Assembly (NCBI RefSeq): GCF_006345805.1
Contig: NC_043010.1
Coordinates: 11,160,001 to 11,224,000 of the forward strand
Source: Octopus sinensis
Taxonomy: Eukaryota
Direction: 5' to 3'
DNA length: 64,000 nucleotides
This document shows positions 39,763 through 52,187 of this stretch, one piece after another. Positions within the stretch are counted from its first letter, which is position 1; every line of letters begins with the position of its first letter. A program made the translations under genes and the position numbers. Below the pieces are notes generated by a model. It saw nothing but the letters and a program-made list of their open reading frames with translations, ran no database searches and had not been told where the DNA came from.

Positions 39763-40439
39763 CTGGCATTATATATTATATCAACGAGAGAAATACATTA
39801 TTCAGCTTACACTTTGGTCTTTCAGACTAACAATTAAATATATTTTTTTGATTGATTAGATTGAATCTTCCAGAGAAAGCTATTACGAAACGCATCTGCA
39901 GCAAATGTTAATGAAATGCCAAATGTATTTAGTTATATAATAAATACCTAGATGAAATATGGATTGAAAATGGGCAAAATAGTCATAAATTGGATACACT
40001 ACATGATATATATGTAATGACTTGGAATGCAGGTAAAAACATCTTGTTTAACAATAACTACATTGATAATTTAGTGTTAGAAATGTATTTATTGTTACTG
40101 TTGCTAGTGTTGGTATTAAATGTTCTTGGTAAAACTGTTGCTGTATATGTGCAAGCGGAACTGTGTGGTTCAGAAATTGGCATTGCACTCGCATTGTTCT
40201 AAGTTCAATCCCACACTGCAAAATACCTTGGAAAAAAGTGTCTTTTAATATAACCTTTTGCTTACCAATTCTTCCTTGTAAGTAGAATTCAAAAGACAGA
40301 AACTGCACATGCCATTATGTATGTATGTATGCATGTATGTATGTATGTATGTATGAAAACAACTGGTATGTGTTTACATATATATATATATGTGAACACA
40401 TACCAGTTGTTTTCATAACATTTTTAATGCTTTGAATTA

Positions 40440-40584
40440 AATGTGACCATTTTGCGTTGAGTCTGCAGTTTGAATCACTTTAACCAAATTTTAGCAGGAC
40501 GGATTTTTGATCATCAGGATACATCGCCAGCGACTCCCTGAAACTCTCCCCTGAAATCCCCGTTGAGCCGGGCAATACTGCTAG
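40440..40584 (+). mobile_element. Helitron 3' end related to 8114-8508
   Basis: gccgggcaatactgctag|t vs gccgggcgatactgctag|t; shared cattttgcgttg motif. Confidence 0.5.
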
Positions 40585-40589
40585 TATAT

Positions 40590-42713
40590 CATCATCATCA
40601 TCGTCGTTTAACGTCCGTTCTCCATGCTAGCATGGGTTGGACGGTTCGACCGGGGTTCTGGGAAGCCAGAAGGATGCACCAGGCTCCAGTCTAATTTGGC
40701 AATGTTCTACAGCTGGATGCCCTTCCTAACGCCAACCACTCCGTGAGTGTAGTGGGTGCTTTTTACGTGCCACCTGCACGGTGCCAGGCGGGGCTGGCAA
40801 CGGCCACGGTCAGATTGGTGTATTTTATGTGCCACCGGCACGGAAGCCAGTCGAGGCGGTGCTGCTGCATCGGCACGAGTCGGATGATAGTGCTTTTTAC
40901 GTACCACCAGACCAGGGATCTGGCTGGTTCAATTCGATTTCGATTTCGCTTGCCCCAACATGTCTTCACAAGCAAAGGGGGTTGGCAAGGGTGCCTGTCG
41001 TACGGTCGCATTGGAGTATTTTACGTGCCACGGCCACGAGTCGGATAGGGCTTTTTACGTACCACCAGACCAGGGATCCTGGCTGGTTCAATTCGATTTC
41101 GATTTCGCTTGCCCCAACATGTCTTCACAAGCAAAGGGGGTTGGCATGGGTGCCTGTCGTACGGTCGCATTGGAGTATTTTACGTGCCACGCCCCGAGTC
41201 GGATAGTGCTTTTTACGTACCACCAGGCCAGGGATCCTGGCTGGTTCAATTCGGTTTCGATTTCGATTTCGATTTCGCTGCCCAACATGTCTTCGCAAGC
41301 ATGGGGGTTGGGATGGGTGTCTGTCGTCGGATGAGGTTCTATATCGACTTCGCTTGCCTCAAACCGGTCTTTGTGTCCAAGGGAGGAAAGGCATTCATAA
41401 GTGGGCTGGGCTCACTTGTCCTGCCTGGTCTTCTCACGTACAGAATATTTCCAAAGGTCTCGGTCTCTGGTCATTTCCTCAGTGAGGCCTAAAGTTCGAA
41501 GGTCGTGCTTCACCACCTCGTCCCAGGTTTTCCTGGGTCTACCTCTTCCACGGGTTCCCTCAACTGCTAGGGATTGGCACTTTCTCACACACCTATCTTC
41601 ATCCATTCTCGCCACATGACCATACCAGCGCAATCGTCCTCTCTTGCACACCACAACTGATGCTTCTTAGGTACAACATTTCTCTCAAGGTGCTAACGCT
41701 CTGTTGGAGTATGTACACTGACATTACACATCCATCGGAGCATACTGGCTTCATTCCTCACGAGCTACGCATGTCCTCAGCAGTCACAGCCCATGTTTCG
41801 CTGCCATGTAGCATGGCTGTTCGTACACACGCATCATACAGTCTGCCTTTTACTCTGAGCGAGAGGCCTTTAGTCACCAGCAGAGGTAAGAGCTCCCTAA
41901 ACTTTGCCAAGGCTATTCTTATTCTAGCAGTTACACTTTCAGCGCACCCACCCCCACTACTGACTTGGTCACCTAGATAACGGAAGCTATCAACTACTTC
42001 TAGTTTTTCCCCCTGGAAAGTGACGGAAGTTGTTTTCTGCAGATTTTCGGAGGTTAATGCTCCCGGAGCATCTGCCACATACAAAAACTATCTTCCCAGT
42101 TAGCCTACCTTTGACATTGCTGCACCTCTATGTGTCCATAGCTTACACTGGGTACATCTTATAGAGTGTTCTACCTAACCTTTTCTACAGATCGAGCAGG
42201 GCCATCTTCCTGAGATATTTGTGGATTGTCTACCTTTCTACTTATTAGTACTTTGGTTTTTTAGCTAGGTTGACTCTAAGGCCCCCTTGATTCTAAACCC
42301 TCCTTCCACACCTGGAACTTCTCCTCCAGTTCTGATAGTGACTCAGCAATAAGAGCAAGGTCGTCAGCGTAGAGGAGCTCCCAGGGACAGCCTGTCTTGA
42401 ATTCCTCCGTAATTGCCTGGAGTACTATGATAAATAGGAGGGGGCTGAGTACTGAAACCCTGGTGGACCCCAACCTCTACTTTGAATTCTTCTGTACATG
42501 TTGCCAACCCTAACCTTACTTACGGCATCTCTGTACATGGCTTGCACAGTCCTCACCAGCCATTCATCTATCCCTAGTTTCCTCATTGACCACCAGATAA
42601 GGGATCGGGGGACCCTATCAAAAGCTTTCTCCATGTCAACGAAAGCCAGGTACAGGGGCTTATCTTTGGCTAGGTATTTCTCCTGCAGCTGCCCTTACCA
42701 GGAATATAGCATC
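40590..42713 (-). mobile_element. 5'-truncated RTE-clade LINE (frameshifted RT, PHD-like insert, about 820-bp 3' UTR)
   Basis: DAIFLVR/QLQEKY, FVDMEKAFDRVPRS, SVLSPLLF, LLYADDL, FRYLG, LRWYGHVARM, RGRGRPRKTW; stop at 41412; (GAT)n tail. Confidence 0.95.
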
Positions 42714-43469
42714 ATATATATATAAATTTGAAGGTTGGTTGTTATGGCCAGTCAAAGAGTGACCATTACTTTTACCCCTATAAAGGACTTCGTTGTATAG
42801 TAAATTGTCAGACTCAAATGGCTGGAAATACATAACCTCTCTACAACTGGGGTGAGCAAAATGCCATGGTCAGTTAATTTTGTAAATAAAAAATTCCCAT
42901 AACAAAATTCTGCAGGTAAGTTTTTGGGCCCTGTGTTTTTACCCCCCATGTACATCAATTCCAGCCATATCGATAAGGATTTTCGAAGATGGTAACAGGA
43001 ATCTCCTCTATTTATGTGTGTGTGTGTGTGTACTTGCATGTGTGTGTCTTTATATGCATATACATACATGTTTGTGCATGTGTGTTTGTATCTCTGTATT
43101 TTTGTGAACTATGTGTTTTTTCTGCCCCACGCTTGACAACTGGTGTGACATTGTTTACATCCCTGTAACTTAGTGGTTTAGCAAAAGAGACCAAGAGAAT
43201 AAGTATCAAACTTAGAAATAAATACTGGGGTCAATTTTTTTCTAGTAATCCCTTAAATGTGGTGCCACAGAATGGCTGCAACCCAACAATACAAAAACTG
43301 AAACATGGAAGAACACTGCCAAGAATGTGAGGACCCATGGCAGAATAAAACGCACAAACTGTTCTATATTTTAGAGATGAGGAATTCTGTACATTATTTA
43401 CATTGGATGGATATGTGTCCTCTTCTTGTTTCTTGTTACCACACCGTTTTGGATGATTTACTCTCTACG

Positions 43470-44070
43470 GGCATATAGTGTATTGGTTAAGAGTGCGGGC
43501 TACTAACCCCAAGACTAAGTTCAATTCCAGGCAGTGCCTTGAATAAATAATAATAATAATGATAATAATAAAAATAATAATATATCATGTACATTGTTTT
43601 GTCTTGGTATAAAAGATGGGCTACAGCAATATTCTGCTCAATACCACAGATTTGCTGTCAGTTGTTTGACATAACCAGTTGAGCATGTCCTTAGTGGCTG
43701 ACGATATGTACATCTTGATCACGAGCAGGGGTAGTGGGGGAGCATCATAGCCATGTGTTGAGAGGGATTCTTTGGGGTTTGAATAATTCACCTTTGGAAA
43801 CATGGGTGGTTCATTCAACATCCTTAAACAACCCTTATTCAGAGACCTTTTGAGTGGGATGGGTTACTCCACCTGAAGAAATTTCTAACTGGGCCCCACC
43901 TGCAAGGTCATGTGCTGTTTATCTTGATATGAGATCACCATGTCATGCACATATGGTTATGATGCATGTGCCTGGTGAACCCTTATCAAACGGGTAGTCA
44001 TGATGGGTATACTGGGCCTCGTATATTTGTACCCCAGTGTCACTTTGATGTCATGCATTGCTCTCTCACT
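43470..44070 (+). mobile_element. Old tRNA-headed SINE (family D-like)
   Basis: gtgtattggttaagagtgcgggctactaacc...agttcaattcc head; (AAT)n tail. Confidence 0.55.
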
Positions 44071-44071
44071 C

Positions 44072-44121
<50 letters not shown>

Positions 44122-44180
44122 TCAGCAAAAAGGAAAGACCCTAAGGATTGAGAACCCGAGGTTGGGTTTAAAATTCTACC

Positions 44181-44280
44181 AGGACACCTGATGAAGGCTG
44201 GAGAGTAAATCAGCTGAAACAATGTGGTAACAATAAACAAGATGAGGACACATATACGCCCAGTGTAAATAGTGTAAAAA
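44181..44280 (+). mobile_element. Penelope-like terminal remnant with degenerate hammerhead
   Basis: CTGATGA 44188-44194, A-GGCTG/CAGCT stem II, GAAAC 44216-44220; triplet and stem I decayed; inverted relative at 43355-43468. Confidence 0.5.
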
Positions 44281-44470
44281 ACATACTTAGGTTATAACAG
44301 AAGACACTTGCTCACTGTGCCACACAGTGAGATCGAACCCAGAACCATGCAATTACAAAGTAAACTTCTAAACCACATAGCTATACTTGTTTCTATATAT
44401 CTATAGCTGTAGCAAAAACAGTAATAATACCAGCAACTATAGCTGTAAACATATATTTAAAACTAAATTA

Positions 44471-44860
44471 TACTCTCTTTTACTCTTTTGTTTCAGTCAT
44501 TTGACTGTGGCCATGCTGGAGCACCGCCTTTAGTCGAGCAATCGACCCCGGGATTTGTTCTTTGTAAGACCAGTACTTATTCTATCGGTCTCTTTTGCCA
44601 AACCGCTAAGTGACGGGGACGTAAACACACCAGCATCGGTTGTCAAGCAATGCTAGGGGGACAAACACACACATACATATATATATATACATATATACGA
44701 CAGGCTTCTTTCCCTTTCCGTCTACCAAATCCACTCACAAGGCATTGGTCGGCCCGGGGCTATAGCAGAAGACACTTGCCCAAGATGCCACGCAGTGGGA
44801 CTGAACCCGGAACCATGTGGTTGGTTAGCAAGCTACTTACCACACAGCCACTCCTGCGCC
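44471..44860 (-). mobile_element. SINE family A, near-consensus
   Basis: Family A match. Confidence 0.9.
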
Positions 44861-45289
44861 TATGCATATTGTTAAGCAAAGTACTTAATCAAAACACTTA
44901 GTCATTACATATATATCATGTACTAATGACAGTTTCTCTCATTTTGAAACCATATTTTATCCAAGAATGTATTGTATAAACTTGGCATTTCATTAGCTTA
45001 AGCTGCAGTTTGGTTTTTTATGACATTTTTCCTGTTTAGAGCTTGATCTAATTTATGAAAAATGCATTTAATTACTAGTTTCATAAGCTGAATTCTCTCT
45101 CTCTCACTCTCACTCTCTCTCTCTCTCTCTCCAAACATATATATATGTATGTTTGTATGTATATATGTATGAATGTATGTATAAATGTATGTATATATTG
45201 ACATAAATGGTGAAACAACAAAACACTGAAAGAGACCTCGATATTATGTGTGTGTTTATATATATATACATATATATACATATATAAAA

Positions 45290-45510
45290 CAATACTGGGA
45301 GGATAAGAAATGGAACGAAGCGACGAATCGAAACGAACCCGACGTGAAAGCGCTGTCAGACAATAGTGTAATAAATAAAATATATGCATACATACAAACA
45401 TATATGTACGTACCTACATCTACATGTAAATATATATATAAATATATATACGTGAGTACAGGACACCACAACTAGACGTAGAACTCAACAGAAACGAAAA
45501 CGGAAAAGCC
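45290..45510 (+). mobile_element. Single-arm relative of the 10.2-kb palindrome
   Basis: gaacccgacgtgaaagcgctgtcagacaatagtgtaat...gtgagtacaggacaccacaac. Confidence 0.8.
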
Positions 45511-46709
45511 ATATATATACATATATATACATACATATATATATATATGCACACACACACACACACATATATATATAGCCAATTAAATGAAATAAAGAAG
45601 CTTGCTTCCAAACCACATTGTTCTAAGTTCAGTTTCACTGTGTGGAATCTTGAGCAAGTGTCTTCTACTATAGCATCAGGCTAAAAAAGCCTTGTGAGTG
45701 AATTTGGCAGATGGAAACTGAAAGAAGCCCATCATATATACATATATATATAAGATGAGAAAATAGAGAGGTAATTAATAAACCATTTCTTATTAATCAA
45801 AAATTTGACAACCATCCCTTACAGCTATTTCAATTCTAGAATTTCAGAAAATTAATTAATTAACTTAGAAATTATTCGTAAGTCAAATCTCTTCAGTGGT
45901 AGTTTAAGATATACAATATAGGTGTTCAATTCTTGCATGTTGAATAAACAGCTGTATGTCTTTGTGTCTGTGTCTGTACCGTCATCACTGCTTGAGAACC
46001 ATTGTTGACGTGTTTGTGTCTCCATAACTTAGTAGTTTGGCAAAAGAAACCAATAGAATAAGTGTCACTTCTTTAAAAGAAATAAAAAGAAGTACTGGGT
46101 TGATTCATTCGACTAAAAAGAATTCAAGGTGGTGCCCCAGCATGGCCACACAGTCCAGTGTCTGAAACAAGTATAAGATAAAAAAAAAAATTATGCATAT
46201 TGGTGCACATTTTGCAAGATATAATCTCTGCATATGCATCTATGCCGGGCGGCTGTTGCATAAATTCAGTTGCATAAATTTATTTCATTGTTTAAACAAA
46301 AATAAATTTAATACAAATCAGCCACTTTGTAGAAATAAAATAATAATTATAATAATTTAATTATATTTTAATAGAAAAATATTGTTCCTTTAGAAAAAAA
46401 ATAAATAAAACACATGGAAGATAATGAACTAATTCCGATAAAATTCTGGCGACAAAAAGTCTGCTGGTATAAATTCCAGGCACTGTAGCTATAGGGAATT
46501 GTAACTTTGTTTTCAAACTCTTCTCTGACACTCTTCTGTACCTCTTTTCCTTATTTTACTGGTTAAATCGAGCAGTATGCTGTTTATTAGTTTGTTCCAT
46601 TGTTGTTGTTGAAAAAGCTAAATTTTTTTCAAAGTTCATTCTGCTGCTGCTTATCAGATTGTTAGTTAACCTTAAACACTGGAGAACTCTGCCAGAATGG
46701 TGAAACAAA

Positions 46710-46763
46710 GAAAAGGAGGAGGAAGAGGAGGAAGAGGAGGAGGTAGAGGAGGAGGAAGAGGAG

Positions 46764-46794
<31 letters not shown>

Positions 46795-47760
46795 CAGAAG
46801 AAGAAGAAGAAGAAGGGGAGGAGGAGGATGAAGAAGAGGAGGATGAGGAAGAAGAAGGGAGGAGGAGGAAGAGGATGAAGAAGAGGAGGATGAGGAAGAG
46901 GAGGAGGAAGATGAAGAAGAGGGGGAGGAGGTGGAAGAAGAAGAGGAGGAAGATGAAGAAGTGGGGGAGGAGGAAGATGGAGGAGGAGGATGGAGAAGAA
47001 GAAGAGGAAGAAGAAGGGGCGGAGGATGAAGAGGAAGAAGAGGAAGAAGAAGGGGAGGAGGATGAAGAGGAAGAAGAGGAGGGGATGAAGAAGGGGGGAG
47101 GAGGATGGAGGGGAAGAAGTGGAGGAGGAGGATGAAGAAGAGGGGGAGGAGGATGAAGAAGAGGGGGAGGAGAATGGAGAAAAGGGGAAGGGGATGATGA
47201 AGGGATGAGGATGAGGAGGGGGAGGAGGAAGAAGGAGGAGGGAGATGGAGAAGAGGAGGATGACGAGGGGGAGGAGGAGGATGATGATGAAGAGGAGGAT
47301 GAAGTGGAGGATGAAGTGGATGAGGAGGATGAGGAAGAGAATGATGAGGAGGATGAAGAAGAGGAGAAGGATGAAGAGGGGGAGGAGGAGGATGGAGAAG
47401 AGGAGGAGGAGGGGAGGAGTAGGAGGATGGAGAGGAGGAGGAGGATGGAGAGGAGGAGGAGGAGGGGAGGTGCAGGATGAAGAAGAGGAGGAGGATGAAG
47501 AAGAGGAGGAGGATGAAGAAGAGGAGGAGGATGAAGAAGAGGAGGAGGAGGAGGAAGGGGAGGAGGAGGAGGAGGGGAGGTGCAGAATGAAGAAGAGGAG
47601 GAGGATGAAGAAGAGGAGGAGGAGGAGGAGGAAGGGGAGGAGGAGGAGGAGGGAGGGGAAGGGGAGGAGGAGGGGGAAGGGGAGGAGGAGGAAGGGGAGG
47701 AGAAGGGGGATGAAGAAAAAGAAGAGGAGGAAGAAGAAGAGGAAGAAGAGGAAAGGTGGT
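46710..47760. repeat. About 1-kb (GAG/GAA/GAT)n polypurine tract
   Basis: Direct reading. Confidence 0.95.
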
Positions 47761-48394
47761 TGGGTGGATAAAATGAAAATGGAAAAAAGAACTTTTTTCT
47801 GTTTTTCTCATCCTATACTCTCTTTCTCTAGATGCATTTCTCTGCTGATCATTGATCATTATTTCTCCTGGTCTCTTTATAAGCTTTCTGTATCCTCTCC
47901 AGTAACCGATTCTACTGCTGCTGCTGCTGTTACTACTGCCGTTACTGCTGCTGCTGTCATTTCTGTTTCTGGAGCTGTTACTACTGCTGCTGTCACTACC
48001 GCAGCTAACTTGCTACATCTAAAGAGACTCTTATATACCATGATAAATATACCAGTCACACTCTAGCTGATAAAGGTGGTGGTGGTGGCGGTGGCGGCGG
48101 CGGTGGTGGTGGTGGTGGTGGTGGTGGTGGTGGTGGTGGTGGTGGTGATGGAAGTTGTAGTGTTGGTAGTGATGATGATGATGATGATGCTTATGGAGAT
48201 GATGGTAATGGGTAGGTGCTGGGGGTGATGGTGGTGGTGGTGGTGGTTGTGGTAACGGCGGTGATGTTGGTGGTAAATACAACTTTAACCAAACTCCATT
48301 TAAAATGGTTGCACGTTCTAAACTAAACGAACAGAGACCAATAAAACAAGCGCCAAACTCCTGGTGGAAGTCCTTGTTTTATCATATGTAATCA

Positions 48395-48813
48395 TCATCG
48401 TTTAACATCCGTTTTCCGCGCTAGCACGGGTTGGACGGTTCGACCGGGATCTGGGAGGCCAGGAGCTGCACCAGGCTCCAGTCTGATCTGACTGTTTTTC
48501 TACAGCTGGATGCCCTTTTTAATGCCAACCACTTTGTGAGTGTAGTGGGTGCCTTTTACATGCCACCGGCACAGGTGCCAGGGGAGTCTGGTATCAGCCA
48601 TGTTCGGTTGGTGCTTTTAATGTGCCTCCGGCACGGAAGCCAGCCAAGCCAGCTGGCATCGGCTACGTAATATTGGAGTGGTTGGCGTTAGGAAGGGCAT
48701 CCAGCTGTAGAAACACTGCCAGATAAGACTGGAGCCTGGTGCAGCCTTCTGGCTTCCCAGATCCCCGGTCGAACCGTCCAACCCATGCTAGCATGGAGAA
48801 CGGACTTTAAACG
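48395..48813. mobile_element. Two RTE 3'-tail copies in inverted orientation
   Basis: Minus copy 48395-48670; plus copy 48676-48813. Confidence 0.85.
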
Positions 48814-49489
48814 AATGTAAATCAAGCAAAATTAAAGCATGAAATTCGGACTCTGTTTCTGTCCATCAAATCCACATACAAGGCTTTGGTTGGGCCTGGG
48901 CTATAGTAAAAGATGCTTGTCCAAGGTGCCATACAGTGAGACTGAACCTGGAACCATGTGGTTGGGAAACAGTCTCCTCATCACATAACCTGCAAGACAA
49001 TTGGCAGTGGTGCCAATGATAGGAAAGCTTGATCTTGTATCACTTCCCACTTACCTAGAAAACCCTGTCATGCACATGGCTCAGTGCTTAGGTCTTCAGG
49101 CTCACAATCATGAGGTAGTGAGTTCCATTCCTGGACCAGGCTGTGTGTTGTCTTCTTGAGCAAGACACTTTATTTCACGCTGCTCCGTTTCACTCGGCTG
49201 TAGAAATGAGTTGCAATGTCACTGGTGCCAAGATATGTCAGCCTTTTCATTTCCTTTGGATAACATCAGTGGTATGGAGAGAGGATACTGGTGTGCATAG
49301 GTGACTGCTGGTCTTCCAGAAACAACATTGACCAGCCTTGTGCCTCGGGGGGGAACTTGCTAGGTGCAATCCCATGATCATTCATGGCTAAAGGGAGCCC
49401 TTCTAGTAAAAAATTATTGTTATTAATCACCATCATCACCATCATCACAGATGGGGCCACTGCCCCTGTCACTATTGTCTTTGTCATTG

Positions 49490-49850
49490 TTGCTGCTGCT
49501 GCTGTTGCTGTTGCTGTTGAGTGAAGCGGTCTTTGTCCTGTGGGAGAAGTCCTATATGTGGTCCTTTGCTATTCATAAGACCCGCAGAAGACAGAGCATC
49601 GACAGATGGATGAATGCGCATCCAGGCTCAGCGGTTGTGTAGGAAGTCGGGGACAAGAAACAGGAAGAAAGAGTGAGAGAAAGTTGGAGCGAAAGAGTAC
49701 AACAGGGGTCACCACCACCTCCTGCCGGAGCCTCGTGGAGCTTTAGGTGTTTTCGTTCAATAAACACACACAACGCCCGGTCTGGGAATCGAAACCGCGA
49801 TCCTCCAACCACGAGTCCGCTGCCCTTACCAGTGGACCATTGCACCTCCA
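49490..49850 (-). mobile_element. SINE family C variant with a different 3' tail
   Basis: Head and body match family C down to gaaacaggaag; the remaining 3' region is unrelated and ends in (CAA/CAG)n. Confidence 0.75.
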
Positions 49851-50101
49851 CTGCTGCTGCTGCTGCTGCTGCTGTTCCTGTTGTTGTTGATGTCGTTGCT
49901 TAAGCCCCAGATTGACCTTGATCAAACAAACACCTAATCAAATTTAATTTCAACCTTCATTAACTTGTTTTTGTAAGGAATATCTAATATTACATTATTT
50001 AAGGTGGTTGTGGTTCCTTTTTGTGTTTATTTATTTTTTTGAAGACAGATGAGTTGAATTTGAGAAAGATTTGACTTCAGTTTTTAGCTGATTGCAAATT
50101 A

Positions 50102-50517
50102 GGCGCAGGAGTGGCTGTGTGGTAAGTAGCTTGTTTACCAACCACATGGTTCCGGGTTCAGTCCCACTGCGTGGCATCTTGGGCAAGTATCTTCTGCTAC
50201 AGCCTCGGGCCGACCAATGCCTTGTGTGTGGATTTGGTAGACGGAAACTGAAAGAAGCCTATCGTATATATGTATATATATATATGTATGTGTGTGTGTG
50301 TTTGTGTGTCTGTGTTTGTCCCCCCAACATCGCTTGACAACCGATGCTGGTGTGTTTACGTCCCCGTCACTTAGCGGTTCGGCAAAAGAGACCGATAGAA
50401 TAAGTACTGGGCTTATAAAGAATAAGTCCCAGGGTCGATTTGCTCGACTAAAGGCGGTGCTCCAGCATGGCCGCAGTCAAATGACTGAAACAAGTAAAAG
50501 AGTAAAGAGTAAAGAGT
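50102..50517 (+). mobile_element. SINE family A, near-consensus
   Basis: Family A match. Confidence 0.92.
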
Positions 50518-50700
50518 ATGTCAGTTGTGATGTAATTCTTTTAGTAGAACATTATTTCATACGGTAAGAGAAACACTTTTCTGTAACTAGTTTAGATTAA
50601 AATTAAAAATATGCTAGAAAGTTTGAAAGTGTTTCAAATTAGATAAAGAAAGAAGCATCTTTTATACAAGACAAGGATAGAATATACCATGGAATATACT

Positions 50701-50930
50701 TATTTTTTTATTACCCACAAGGGGCTAAACACAGAGGGAACAAACAAGGACAGACATAGGTATTAAGTCGATTACATCTACCCCAGTTCGTAACTGGTAC
50801 TTAATTTATCGACCCCGAAAGGATGAAAGGTAAAGTCGACCTCGGCGGAATTTGAACTCACAACGTAACGCAGACGAAATACCGCTAAGCATTTCGCCCG
50901 GCGTGCAAACGTTTCTGCCAGCTCGCCGCC
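50701..50930 (-). mobile_element. SINE family B with 18-bp TSD
   Basis: TATACCATGGAATATACT at 50683-50700 and 50931-50948. Confidence 0.93.
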
Positions 50931-51700
50931 TATACCATGGAATATACTGATGGGGCATTAGCATAACAATTTATGCTATAATAGATAAAAGGATACTGCT
51001 TGATATGATATTAGATAAAAGGAGAAGGATTCAAACTTGATTTGCTCATACTGTAAATGATATTTGAGACTAAGGATTTTGAAAATTACTGCCACTGTTG
51101 CATTGAGAAAGGCAGGTAGGTAGGCAGGGCTTCAGAGTGAAAATATGATTAATATATTAAAGGTTTATGATTGTCAGTCTATGACAGTGAGATTACAATA
51201 GAATAAGAGTTTGATTTTCCTTTCCCAAAATTCGGGGAGATTAGTGCCCAGTAAGAAATCAATCAAACAAGATTTGGTAATCAATTAATAAGAAGCATCT
51301 AGAATTAAATGAGATAGCCCAAACGTAAGGTCAATGAACACCATAAATTACAGTATTTAGTTTCATGCTTCTTGGTTCCAAGTTCAAATCTCTTTGCCAT
51401 AAACCAGACTTAATATGATATTGTCATCATTATCATAATTATAATGACGTTGGTGGGATGGCAGGATCATTAAAGCATTTGATAAAATGTCTTGTGGTAT
51501 TTCTTCAGGCTCTTAATATTCTGAGTTCAATTCCCACCGAGGTCAAATTTGCCCATCAACCTTTCAGGGATGAAAGGCAAAATTATATTAGATCAATCGC
51601 AGTTCAGCATTGAGGTTCATATAATTGAATGCTCCTGCTCCACTTAATTTCTAGCCTTGAGCCTATTTAAGAAATTATTATTACAATATAATACAGTTAC

Positions 51701-51790
51701 TCTCAGAGATTTCATAACTTTTGGCTTGAAGGAAGATGAAAGTTTCAATAATGTTCTGGACCAATTTACATCAGTGAGAGATGATTCCAT
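51701..51790 (-). CDS. Weak candidate exon (phase 0 to 0): MESSLTDVNWSRTLLKLSSSFKPKVMKSLR
   Basis: Acceptor gtttttaatttctag, donor AGA|gtaact, single open frame. Confidence 0.2.
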
Positions 51791-52187
51791 CTAGAAATTA
51801 AAAACATTCTGTGTCATGTGATTATTTTTGCAGTTGAGATAACATAGGTATCATTAGCAGAACATTACAGAAGCCTTCAGTCTATATCAAATTATAAGAC
51901 ACCAAGAAACGTTAAGTTTCTGATGAGTTTGAATACTATAAAACACCCCTTGTTTTTTTTTCACTGAAATTAGTGGTGTGTATGGTACATGATATTACAG
52001 TATGAAATATCTTTTCTTGCCTTAATTTTATTAAGAAAAACTGCAATAATTTAATAAACCTTTATTATCTCTCCAGGTTATTTTCATTTGTAGCAGCAGT
52101 GGTGATGTCATCATCATCATCATCATCATCACAATCATTCTCATTGTTGTTGTCATCATAGTTGTCGTCATTATTATCATCATTATC

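Noticed and set aside
42811-42915. Plus-strand exon candidate ending CAG|gtaagt
   Set aside because: Weak acceptor, and it lies in a dispersed repeat also found at 57588.
46672-47859. 395-aa ORF and overlapping E/D- or R/K-rich ORFs
   Set aside because: Translation of a purine microsatellite open in several frames on both strands; no domain recognised.
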